A stretch of 64,000 bases of DNA from Squalus acanthias (Eukaryota): the NCBI GenBank assembly GCA_030390025.1, contig CM059433.1, positions 11,658,001-11,722,000 on the forward strand, given 5' to 3'. Both the position numbers and the translations under genes were made by a program. Below, piece by piece: positions 1 to 11,313 of the stretch. The first letter of the stretch is position 1. Each line of letters starts with the position of its first letter. The notes below the pieces were generated by a model, which was given only the letters and a program-made list of their open reading frames with translations, searched no databases and was not told where the DNA came from.

Positions 1-234
1 GATCTCCATGAGTATTCGTTCTATAACACTCTAGAAGTGTGTTACATTAAAAATAGATTTATAATGATTTTTAATTGATCTGTCTTTCAAGATAAAGAAA
101 TTGGAGATAGCTCTTATGATGTAATCGGTTTACTTGGTTAGCACTTGAGTGTGATTGACATTATTATTTCCAGCAAAATGATCACAATCCGATGTACTAT
201 GCACAGTCTGTCCAATAATTACCCCAATATAAGA

Positions 235-944
235 CATAAGAACATAAGAAATAGGAGCAGGAATAGGCCACTTGGCCCCTCGAGCCTGCTCCGCCATTCA
301 ATAAGATCATGGCTGATCTTGGGCTCAAAGCCACTTCCCCGCCCACTCCCCATAACCCTTCACTCCCTTATCTTGCAAAAATCTGTCTATCTCCACCTTA
401 AATGTATTTAACGACCCAGCCTCCACAGCTCTCTGGGGCAGAGAATTCCACAGTTTTACGACCCTCTGAGAGAAGAAATTCCTCCTCATCTCAGTTCTAA
501 AAGGGCGACCCTTTATTCTAAAACTGTGCCCCCGAGTTCTAGATTTCCCCACGAGGGGAAGCATCCTCTCTGCATCTACCTTGCCGAGCCCCCTCAGTAT
601 CTTATATGTTTCAATAAGATCACCTCTCATTCTTCTAAACTCCAATGAGTATCAGGCCCCAGCCTGCTCAACCTTTCCTCATAAGTCAACCCCCTCATCT
701 CTGAATTAACCTAGTGAATCGTCTCTGAACTGCCTCCAATGCAAGTATATCCTTCCTTAAATAAGGAGACCAAAACTGTACGCAGTACTCAAGGTGTGGT
801 CTCACCAATACCCTGTATAGTTGTAGCAGGACTTCCCTGCTTTTATACTCCAACCTCCTTGCAATAAAGGCCAACATTCCATTTGCCTTTTTGATTAATT
901 GCTGTACCTGCATGCTAACTTTTTGTGTTTCATGTACAAGGACC
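235..944 (-). mobile_element. CR1-clade LINE (HER1-like), 5'-truncated 3' fragment
   Basis: Minus ORFs 695-946 ([13 protein letters not shown]) and 325-645 (EFRRMRGDLIETYK...RNFFSQRVV) are CR1 ORF2 C-terminal motifs; (CATAAGAA)n tail at 235. Confidence 0.9.
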
Positions 945-1212
945 AAATATTAATTGGGAGATGTGCTAGGAGCGGAGGGGGAGTCCAATATCGCGCGGGA
1001 AACCTGGAAGTACGTTCAGCACGTCTGGTGGTGGCCTTTTAACGCAGCCTCCTCATTATCATTTTACTTCCGGGTTTCCCGTCCAATCAGCAGCAGTGAG
1101 CGTGATGTGGGCCCACATGACGCAATCTCAACTCCAGTATTTAAAGGGACAATCCAAAGATGCAAGCTGGAGGAGTTTGAGTTGGCAGGAAGAGAAGAGA
1201 AGAGGTATCGCA

Positions 1213-1461
1213 ATGGAGTTCAGACGCTCAAAGGCAGCACCCCCCCTCCGCCAATTTACTGACGCCTCCCTGGATGCGCTGCTGGGGGCTGTGAGGAGTA
1301 GGAGAGAGATACTCTTGCCTAGCAACGTGAGGAAGAAACCTGCAGCTGAAACCTAGAAGGTATGGCTGGAGGTGGCAGAGGAGGTCAGCGGCAGGAGCCT
1401 AGTACCACGCTCCTGGATTCAGTGTAGGAAGCGGTTTAATGACCAAAGCAGGTCAGGAAAG
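1213..1461 (+). pseudogene. Harbinger Myb/SANT-like gene exon 1 remnant (in a degenerate Harbinger arm ~956-1655)
   Basis: Reads FTDASLDALLGAVRSRREILLP...*KVWLEVAEEVSGRSLVPRSWIQCRKRFND with an in-frame stop, then GTGATT donor; homologous to 56062-56298. Confidence 0.8.
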
Positions 1462-1661
1462 GTGATTATAGTGGCACATTCACCTACATCCTGCTGTGCC
1501 CATCGCCCCACCCCCTCACTTTGCCTTCTCAAGCCTACTCCATCATATCACTCCTCACACCCACTTACCTTGCATGTGCACCCATCCCTCTCTTTCTATG
1601 CAGTTCCTCACATCCCCATCTCTCCATCCACCACTCCCACTCACCCTCATCCTTAGGCAAT

Positions 1662-2752
1662 TTCATGCCTCGACCGTGTCCGTTCCATTTCCCGCACTTC
1701 TGCTCTCACCCCTTCCCCTCCCTCCAAGAATCACGATAGTGTCCCTCTTGTCCTCACCTTCCACCCCACCAGCCTCACATTCAATGGATCATCCTCCATC
1801 ATTTCTGCCACCTCTACATGATCCCACCACCAAACACATCTTCGCCTCCACTCCCATTTCAGCATTCCGAAGGGACCATTCCTTCATGACAACCTGGTCC
1901 ACTCCTCTATCACCTCCAACATCCCCTCCCCTTCCCACGGCACCTTCCTGTGCAAGCGCAGGAGATGCAACACCTGCCCATTCACCTCCTCCCTTCCCAC
2001 TGTCCAGGGCTCCAAACACTCCTTCCAGGTGAAACAGCGATTTACTTGTACTTCTTTCAATTTAGTATATTGTATTCGCTGCTCACGATGCGGTTTCTTC
2101 TACATTGGGGAGACCAAACGAAGATTGGGTGACCAATTTGCGGAACACCTCTGTTCAATCCACAAGCGAGACCCCGAGTTTCCGGTCGCCTGTCATTTTA
2201 ATTCTCCGGACCACTCCCACACTGCTCTCTCTGTCTTCGGCCTCCTACAATGTTCCAGTGAAGCTCAACATAAGCTCGAGGAAAAGCACCTCATCTTTCT
2301 TTTAGGCACTTTACAGCCTTCCAGACTCAACATTGAGTTCAACAATTTCAGATCATAACTTCTGCCCCCATTTTTTCAGATGGCAGCTGTTGCTGATTCT
2401 GCTATTCCCATTTACTCCTCCTCCAGACCCATCTTTTGTTTCTTCACTTGTCTCATTACCATCCACCTTCACCTTGCACCATCATCCCTTTTGTCATTTA
2501 ATCTCTCCTGCCTTCCACCCTATCACAGACCTTCCCCTTTGTTCATTCCCTTCCTTTCTCCTCTTTCCTTGCCTCTGTACTTGTATAAGATCTGTTACAT
2601 CTCTAACCTGTTCCAGGTCTGGTGAAAGGTCATCGACCTGAAACATTAACTCTGTTTCTCTCTCCACAGATGCAGCCTGACCCGCTGAGTATTTCGAGCA
2701 TTTTCTGTTTCTATTTCAGATTTCCAGCATCTGCTGTATTTTGCTTTTGTTT
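1662..2752 (+). mobile_element. Penelope-like retroelement 3' fragment (GIY-YIG endonuclease plus pLTR)
   Basis: ORF 2029-2358 has LVYCIRCSRCGFFYIGETKRRLGDQFAEH...LN; downstream pLTR has a degenerate hammerhead core at ~2619-2650. Confidence 0.85.
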
Positions 2753-2834
2753 CTCCAATATTCTCCCAGCTAGTCTTCCTACCTTCTGCCTCCAGAAACT
2801 ACAAGAAATGCAGAATGCCTTGCATCATGTCTTG

Positions 2835-3875
2835 TGCTGAAGGTACTCCCACAGTGCTGTTAGGGAGGGAGTTCCAGGATTTTGACCCAGCGACGATGAA
2901 GGAACGGTGATATATTTCCAAGTCAGGATGGTGTGTGACTTGGAGGGGAACTTGCAGATGATGGTGTTCCCATGAGCCTGCTGCCCTTGTCCTTCTAGGT
3001 GGTAGAGGTCGCGGGTTTGGGAGGTGCTGCTGAAGAAGCCTTGGCGAGTTGCTGCAGTGCATCTTGTAGATGGTACACACAGCAATCCATGGTACGCCAG
3101 TGGTGGAGGGAGTGAATGTTTAAGGTGGTGGATGGGGTGCCAGTCAACTGGGCTGCTTTGTCCTGGATGGTGTTGAGTGTTGTTGGAGCTGCACTCATCC
3201 AGGCAAGTGGAGAGTATTCCATCACACTCCTGACTTGTGCATTGTAGATGATGGAAAGGCTTTGGGGAGTCAGGAGGTGAGACACTCACCACAGAATACC
3301 CAGCCTCTGACCCACTCTTGTTGCCACAGTATTTATGTGGCTGGTCCAGTTAAGTTTCTGGTCAATGGTGACCCCCCAGGATGTTGATGGTGGGGGATTC
3401 AGCGATGGTAATACCGTTGAATATCAAGGGGAGGTGGTTAGACTCTCGCTTGTTGAAGATAGTCATTGCCTGGCACTTGTGTGGCGTGAATGTTACTTGC
3501 CACTTATCAGCCCAAGCCTGAATATCATCCAGGTCTTGCTGCATGCGGGCATGGACTGCTTCATTATCTGAGGAGTTGCGAATGGAACTGAACACTGTGC
3601 ATTCATCAGCGAACATCTCCACTTCTGACCTTATGTTGGAGGGAAGGTCATTGATGAAGCAGCTGAAGATGGTTGGGCCTAGGACACTGCCCTGAGGAAC
3701 TCCTGCAGCGATTTCCTGGGGCTGAGATGATTGACCTCCAACAACCACAACCATCTTCCTGTGTGCTAGGTATGACTCCAGCCAGTGGAGAGTTTTCCCC
3801 CTGATTCCCATTGACTTCAATTTTAATAGGACTCCTTGATGCCACACTCAGTCAAATGCTGCCTTGCTGTCAAGG
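2835..3875 (-). mobile_element. Non-LTR retrotransposon RT fragment (CR1/Jockey group, second family)
   Basis: ORF 3362-3847 has GVPQGSVLGP and MFADE; ORF 2995-3285 has SVMEYSPLAW; frameshifted. Confidence 0.8.
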
Positions 3876-5141
3876 CCCTCCCTAACCCTTCTCTCCTTTC
3901 TGGCCCTCCTGCTCGTGGACCATTTGTTATATTGGGGTGGGTAGTCGTACCTAGCAGCCATCTGAAATAGGCGTTAGGCACCTTGCATAAGCTAATAAAG
4001 AGTCTAATGCTTGCCTCACGACCTCGATCCGAAATTCGTCAAGACTGAGCGGAGCATGTGTCGGATTCTTTTGCGGCCTAGCCAGTAGTTCTTAAAGGGA
4101 GCGCTGGAGGTTGCCAACAAAAAGGTACGCTTTGGAATTTTAATTTGCCTTAAGGTGGAACCAGTAGGCTGCTGCCAGCCCATTCTCGCACCCCTCCCAT
4201 GTTCCTTCAACCCCCTCCCAGCTTCCAGCATCGCAGCCAGCCCAAATCGATGTCCTCGAAACTGGCGAGCTACATCGGGAAGCTTGATGGGTGTCCGCAG
4301 CTCCCCGGAATTTTGTTGATGATGCCTGAGGCCCAATTTCAGATGAGCCTCGGACCCCCGGCTTCTGGTACATACTCTGAATGTGCCAACCATTTCATGC
4401 CCAAAAGCAGGCCTAAACAAGGTTCCCCCCCACTCCCCTCTGCCCCACCCCCCAATCTCTGAGCTGCTAATCCAATACTATAACTATTAGGCTATGATAC
4501 CTGTTGCTGCAGACCCTGTAGCCTCTGTGGAGGGTAATCATACAGCCTTTATTGAATCTTCTGCCACATTTCCTGAATCTGCTTATACCATCTCTTCTGA
4601 GAATATTCCTACAATTACATCCAATGGTCCGCTCAGGGTCAAAACAGCCCACAAACCAAGGGAAAGGTCATTTCCAGTCCTGTAGCACTGACTGCTTCTT
4701 CCACTGCTCCAGACCGCTCCAAAAACAAGTCGAACTATTGGTGCCATTAAGATTACTGACATTTCTCTCTTGAGGAACAGGTCTTGTACAAGATCTGAAA
4801 AAAAGCACATAACCATTAGGATCATTTTACCAGAATCGACCTAATGATTAAAATCAATGGCTGGAAAATTGGGGAGTGCCATGAATCAGATGCACTGACC
4901 TCTGTGCTTATTTTCCAATCAGCACTGTTGACGAGCCAGATTCAGAGTGTCAAAATTTGAGGGTAGTATGGGAAACCTTCCCGCTATAATAATTCATTTT
5001 TTTTAACTTGTGCAGTGACATTTTGTATTATTCTCCCAAAACTTTCAAGTAGAAAATGTTATTTAGAATTTGCATTCACCAAAATGTGTTCAATGTCTTT
5101 GTTACTTTTGCTGTTTCTATTTGGTACTTTTCAGCCATATG

Positions 5142-5291
5142 GGGCAGAAATTACTGTTGGTGATAATAGCAGGCAAACATTTAACATGCTCACAGGATAT
5201 TCCTCTGTCTGCTATTTAACAGAGCTGTTAATGGGTTAATACCTCCATTAAAATAATGTCTGCTATAATCACTAACAGTAATTTCTAGCCC
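5142..5291. mobile_element. Short Harbinger-type MITE
   Basis: ~35-bp imperfect TIRs GGGC(T)AGAAATTACTGTT; ATG on both flanks (3-bp TSD). Confidence 0.65.
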
Positions 5292-5644
5292 ATGTGTATT
5301 TTGCACTTTGAAAAATCTACAAAACATGAAAAAGTCCCATTTGCCCCCAGAGATATGATTCTCCTTGAACATGAAGCAATTCAATTTATTGGCAATCTCC
5401 ACTTTTCTTTTAGTTTAAAACTTTATTTCATGAAGAGAATCTTTACACATCCAAACAAGAAAATAGTCAAACATTTAGTAATGAATAGTCAACGGATAAG
5501 CATGTTTTTTCTGGGAGTTCTTTAGAGAAAGATCATACACGGGCTTGCACGTTGATGCAGTTGTGGTACATATTCTAAACACAACATTTACAGTTTAGTT
5601 ATGCATATTTGTACATGCTTCAGAGGCAGTGCTGCCACAGCAGT

Positions 5645-6266
5645 GTTTTTTTTTATTCGTTTATGGGATGGCAAGGCCAGCATTTATTGTCCATCCCTAG
5701 TTGCCCTTGAGAAGGTGGTGGTGAGCCGCCTTCTTGAACCGCTGCAGTCCGTGTGGTGAAGGTATTCCCACAGTGCTGTTAGGGAGGGATTTAAGGATTT
5801 TGACCCAGCGACGATGAAGGAACGGCGATATACTTCCAAGTCAGGATGGTGTGTGACTTGGAGGGGAACTTGGAGGTGGTGGTGTTCCCATGCGCCTGCT
5901 GCCCTAGTCCTTCTAGGTAGAAGAGGTCGCGGGTTTGGGAGGTGCTGCCGAAGAAGCTTTGGCGAGTTGCTGCAGTGCATCTTGTAGATGGTGCACACTG
6001 TAGCCACGGTACGCCGGTGGTGGAGGGAGTGAATGTTTAAGGTGGTGGATGGGGTGCCAATCAAGCGGGCTGCTTTGTCCTGGATGGTGTCGAGCTTCTT
6101 GAGTGTTGTTGGAGCTGCACTCGTCCACGCAAGTGGAGAGTATTCCATCACACTCCTGCCTTGTGCCTTGTAGATGGTGGAAAGGCTTTGGGGAGTCAGG
6201 AGGTGAGACAGTCGCCGCAGAATACCCAGCCTCTGACCTGCTCTTGTTGCCACAGTATTTATGTGG
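5645..6266 (-). mobile_element. 3' end of the second CR1-group LINE family
   Basis: Highly similar to 2835-3340 (SVMEYSPLAW...LDTIQDKAARLIG); ends in an A-rich tail on the minus strand. Confidence 0.85.
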
Positions 6267-6477
6267 CAACAAGAACAGTGTAGTGTATAGTCAGGCATGA
6301 GTGAACCAGGGCCATCCTGCCTTTCCTGAGGGAATCGATGGGTTGTTTCACTCTTCTTGTGGACCTGGGAGAGGGGGGTAGTGTTCTTCCACTTCATGTC
6401 TGCATTAGTCTGTCCCTCCCTGTGCAGAGCTGAAAAGACTTGTTTGGGCTTCCAGGAAGGGGCATATATGCTTAATC

Positions 6478-6848
6478 CACATACTTCTGTCCCGCCCATC
6501 CTCCCTAACCTACATTGGCTCCCAGTCCCCGAAATTCTCATTCTCATGTTTAAATCCTTCCATGCCCTCATCCCTCGCTATCTCTGTAATCTCCTCCAGC
6601 TCTATAACCGCCTCCCAGAACTCTCCGTTCCTCTGGCTCCAGCCTCTTGTACATTTTTCACCCCACCATTGCAAGCCTTCAGCCACCTATACCCCAATTT
6701 TCTCCCTCAACGCCTTCACTTCTCCATCTCCCTCTCTTCCTTAAAGATCCTTGTTGCTCCTCCTAATGCCTCCTTCTTTGTTTTAGTATCCATTTGTCCT
6801 TATGTTTCTGTGAAGCACTCGGGTACATTTTTCTATGTTAAAGACGTT
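6478..6848 (+). mobile_element. Degenerate L2 LINE 3' fragment, interrupted by the MITE at 6849
   Basis: LHWLPV...ILILMFKS resembles the C-terminus of the L2 ORF at 11430; L2-like tail resumes at ~7596 (GTATAAATGCAA). Confidence 0.65.
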
Positions 6849-7592
6849 GGCCCAAAAATTCATCCCGGTGCGCGAGAGTACGCACTGCGTACTCTCGCGT
6901 ATTCCCTCTGCAATTGCCGGTTTTCTGCATGCCCTGCGCATGCGCTGAAAACCGGCAATTGCTCTTTTGAAAAGGGGGCGGTTCCTCGGTGCATCGCATG
7001 CGCGCTACAGGCTGCGCGCACGCTGTGCACTTCATGCTTTGGACGCGCAGGTAAGTACTGAAGATTTTAGAAATGTAAAAAGGAGGAGTAAGACCCACTT
7101 TTAACAAGGTAAGTAGTGAATTAAGTATTTTTTTGAATTTTTTTTTACAGGTATATCTTTTTTAGAGACTTTAAAGACAGGTAAGTTTATTTTTATAACT
7201 TTTTAAAAGATTTTAAATTTTTTCAAAAATTTTATTTTTTATTTAAAATGGTTAATTTATTTAACTATACTTATTTTATTAATGTGATGGGTTTTTTTTT
7301 AAATTTAATTGAGGTTTAGCTGTTATTTTGGGGGGGTGTAAGATTCATAGATTTCACAGCACGTATGTGAAACTTATGAATGGAAGATGGTGTGCTGCCA
7401 TTGGCTCTAACTGAGTCACGTGATCCCACAGCGCGCACGAATTCACTACGCCGCTGGGATACGCAAGCACTGCCCGGCTGATGTCTGGAACATCAAGTTC
7501 GTGCGAGCTGGATCTGAAAAAGCACAAGCGAGGTGAGAGATCGCGGGGAAGGCTTACCCCCGCGGGAACAGAGCGAGATCAATTTCTGGGCC
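6849..7592. mobile_element. Harbinger-type non-autonomous element, palindrome-rich family, copy 1
   Basis: TIR GGCCCAAAAATT...AATTTCTGGGCC; TSD GTT/GTT; related copies at 22021 and 47458. Confidence 0.85.
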
Positions 7593-8795
7593 GTTGTATA
7601 AATGCAATTTGTGGGTGGGGTTGATACGGTTTCACCACAGTGAGGAAGCATCTTCTCATCTCTATTGGTGAGAAGTTTGCTAGTCTGTGCTCCTCGGGCA
7701 TTTTTAGTAATACTCCACGTTCCCAAAATTTTGATAATAGTTTCACTGAACAGCCATTCACTGTTCTAATATTTTTCCTGATTTCATCAGTTGTTCCAAG
7801 ACATTGGTTATAATTTGGCAGTTAAGTTGAAGCCCATAATTGAAAATGAAAATTGCATATATAACAATTTCTGAGGGAACCTTTTTTCTGATTGGGTGCA
7901 AGCACTCCCTGTGCAGTAGTAACTGCCAAAGTACATTGTATTGCTGTAAAATGATCACATCTGCCCATTACAGTGTCCTGCAGCTGTCATGAATATTAAC
8001 AGCCATATCTCTTCACCTCTGCCCTCCCCTTGAGGCACGACATGATGGGCCCAGGATGAGGACTCTTGCCAGCTATCTCAGTAAATATACTTAATGTCCA
8101 TATATATATATATATATACACACAATAACATCCACTTTATCACTTTGACACTGTACACTAAGTAGAAGACTCAGAGCTCAAACAGCTCAATATCAGTTAG
8201 TTCTGGCATGACTGCACACGACATCTACAGGCTTATGGCAAGAGTTTGCTGGCATCGCTACAGAAACGCAGTTCTATTACCAGGATCCTACATCCAGTCA
8301 ATTCATCACATTTTCTTCACAAGTTAAAAGTCTCTCCTTAATGATAGTAATCCAAATGCATGTTTCTTAAATGTATCTACAATACAAAATTTGTATGAAT
8401 CTTTATTAAGAAAAATAATAAATGCAGCAATCATACATTTGGAGAATAAATATCCTGTTACAGTGTAAATCTAGATATGGTCAACTTTTTCTTGCAAGAA
8501 TGATACTGCTGGACATGTTACTTATAATGTGCTTGTCACAAAATAGGATATTGCTGAGAAAGTGATGAGCATAATTGTGACTGACTGGGATTAGTATTAC
8601 TGTAGAAACAAATCACATCGGTCTACTTTTGTTGTGATGTTTTTCTGAGGTTCCTTTCTGTTCAATAAACACTGAAGTTTTCTTCAACCCCGAGATCAAT
8701 ATTTCAGGAAATAGAAGCTCGCCATAATTCAAAATTCCATCTGAAAGGTATCTGAAACTGTTCCAATAGACGCGATCCATTCCTTCCAGGACTAA

Positions 8796-10273
8796 GGGGG
8801 AAAAATTCAGTTGGTTAGCGCCTCCCGTTAGCGCCTGGCAGTAGCGCTGGGGTGAGGCGAATCCAGCGACACACGCCAAATCCAGTCCCCCCGTAACACC
8901 ACCGCTACGAGTTACCGCCAGGGACTTCAGCGCCAGGCAGATTGTGACGTCAGTGAGTGTGAAACGCTCACTGGGCGCCCGATCTGCAAAATTCATTGTT
9001 GCCCCCTGCCTTAGCACCTTGCTCTGACAGTGATAGGGAGAGGAGTCATCAAGCAGGCGGATGCCGGCTCCAGGGACGCTACTTAAAGGGATCAGTCACA
9101 GCTGTCAGGTTAGTGCTGTTTCACTGCTTCCTTGTCAGTTTGATATTGTGCAAGTTCAATTCAGTCATTTAAAGGTTGTTTAGTATCAGGAGTGTTGTAG
9201 CTAGTAAAAATGAGTTACATTTATTCTCACAACGTATCAAAGTTCTATACTTGGTTACATTAATGGGGGCTGTACTGGCAGTCGACCTCGCTCTCCAGGA
9301 TCTACGGTGGAGGGAGCGGAGGCAGCGAGAAAGATTGGAACATGTGGCCAGAGGGAGGAGGAGGGTCATCAGGGCTCTCAGCAGGAGGCCTTACCAGCCG
9401 AGGGTATTTCGACAGCACTTCTCCTACCTTCAATGAAGTGAGGAGTAGTGTATTAGACGGCTCCGCATCACCAAGGCGGTGGTCACAGAACTCTGCCACC
9501 TCCTCCAAACAGACCTCCTGCCTCACATCAGGATGACTTAAACCCCAGATCCCTTTTGCCCATCATGCCATCCCTCTGTCATGCCATATCACAGCATCCT
9601 GCTGGGTGCAAAGGTGAAATGAGAGAGAGCACAAAATATTGCAAACTCCATGAATAAATTTATGCATAAGCATATCACACATATCACAATCATTCCAATA
9701 ACTAATAACCCTTGTGCCTGCCATAGTTGAATAGCTGTCATCGTGTGCAAGATGTGAGATGTGGGTGTGAGTGTTGGTAGGTAGAGATTGTTGATGTGTG
9801 TGCTGGGGGTCTGGTGCTTTGGGCAGTGTGTGAAGCTTGTGGTACAGATGGTGGTATGTAGCAATTGGTAAAGCATTCAATCACCCTGACCACCCGACTG
9901 AGGTGGATCTGCCATGAGCGCACCTGCTTCAGTCCTCTGGCTCCTTCTCCTTGTTGTGCTTCTCCTTGCTGAGGCAGCTGCACAGCCAGCATTGCTGAGA
10001 ATGAGGTGCTGCAGCATCAATGAACCTCCCCTTTAAGTACTGGGAAGAGCCTGTAGCAATGATGACTTGTGATTAGACTGCACCCGATATTGGTCAGCGC
10101 TTTGAGTTTAGCGCCACTGAGCTAGGCCATTAAGGCTTGATTTAGCGCTCCAATCCTTTCTTTCTGCAATGAGACTGAATTTTGTGTGCAGTCTGAATCA
10201 TTAGCGCCTGCGCTAAATCTCAAACTTTTCTCAAGTTACCGCCCATTCGTGGGCTATAATGAATTTCTCCCCC
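8796..10273. mobile_element. Non-autonomous Harbinger deletion derivative
   Basis: TIR GGGGGAAAAATTCA...TGAATTTCTCCCCC; TSD TAA/TAA; transposase N-terminal remnant (RRPYQPRVFRQHFSYL...VVTELCHLLQ) at ~9263-9535. Confidence 0.9.
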
Positions 10274-11049
10274 TAAATGTTTCATTCTGTCTCTCCGGAG
10301 CAACTAGTAATTGTTATATGGAGATAGAAGGCATCAGGTTGGACCGCGGGACTTGCTAACTCGAGCATTTTAATCTCGGTGGGGACCTATACCCAGTCAT
10401 TTATAAAGAGTTGCTCTGGAGGCAGCTGGCAGAGAGGGCCAGAGGCAAACTGCTCCCTTTCCAGTGATCTGTTATCTGTGTTTGCACGATTTCACACTTA
10501 ATCCACTCATTGAGTTGTCAGCTGGAAAATATGCCACAAAATTAGTAACCTGATGTGCAAAGACGGATCGGCAGAGAGCAAAAAAAAAAAATCAATTAAA
10601 GTGGCACACCGTTGCGATCTGAGCTCTGTCTTCCTGGAGCATTGGAATACAGCTGTAATGTAATTTGCACACTGGGGCCCTGTGATTTTCTAATATTCAT
10701 CTGTTAGCTTAGTGAATAGCAATCTTAGAAAGTTTCTCCATCCGTCTTAGCATACTTGTCTCTGGAGGTGCAACATTATAAATTCTGGATGTCTTATAAC
10801 TATGAGGGCTTGTGCCTGGTGTCACTTTTCCTTGGCTTGATGATGGATGCCTACATAATCCAATGATCAGAAATGATGGGATGGGGGGGGAAGCAAGTAT
10901 ACAACAGTCTTTTACATTGCTTAATATTAAGCTAATTACAATCGAATGTATTCACAGAATAAGTTTAGCGAGCTGCTATGTACAAGCCTTAAGGCAGCGA
11001 TTCTCAAACTGGGATCCGCAGACCCTCGGGGACGTTCCAGGGGGTCCAC

Positions 11050-11217
11050 GACCGCAAGAAGACTCGCGTCATCCCCAGACACCTGCAGCTGGCCATCCGC
11101 AACGACAAGCTGCTGGGATGGGTAACCATCGTTCAGGGCGGGGCGCTGCCTAATATCCAGGCTGAGCTGCTGCCGAAGAAACCCTGCGCTGAGAGCACCA
11201 AGATCGTCCAAGAATAA
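11050..11217 (+). pseudogene. H2A: Histone H2A C-terminal fragment
   Basis: Translates [55 protein letters not shown], matching H2A ([47 protein letters not shown]); EELN deleted and 5' part absent. Confidence 0.93.
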
Positions 11218-11227
11218 ATCTAATAAC

Positions 11228-11272
11228 CCAAGGGCTCTTTTCAAAGCCACCTACAGTATCTGTGAAAGAGCT
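11228..11272 (+). promoter_or_regulatory. Histone mRNA 3' stem-loop and histone downstream element (U7 site)
   Basis: CCAAG-GGCTCT-TTTC-AAAGCC-ACC (one stem mismatch versus AGAGCC), then GAAAGAGCT at 11264-11272. Confidence 0.85.
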
Positions 11273-11313
11273 TGTTACTGTCTGAAGGGAGTCAGAGAGA
11301 TCTTGAGTTCATT

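Noticed and set aside
5684..7061. 295-aa and 234-aa ORFs as genes
   Set aside because: Chimeric read-through across LINE, unique and MITE boundaries.
7600..8790. Short minus-strand ORFs as host exons (also ~20100-20300, ~24230-24420, ~35300-35580)
   Set aside because: No recognisable protein similarity and no consistent splice or frame chain.
11050..11217. Functional H2A gene or new variant
   Set aside because: No start codon or N-terminal part, EELN deleted, several non-conservative changes and a stem-loop mismatch.
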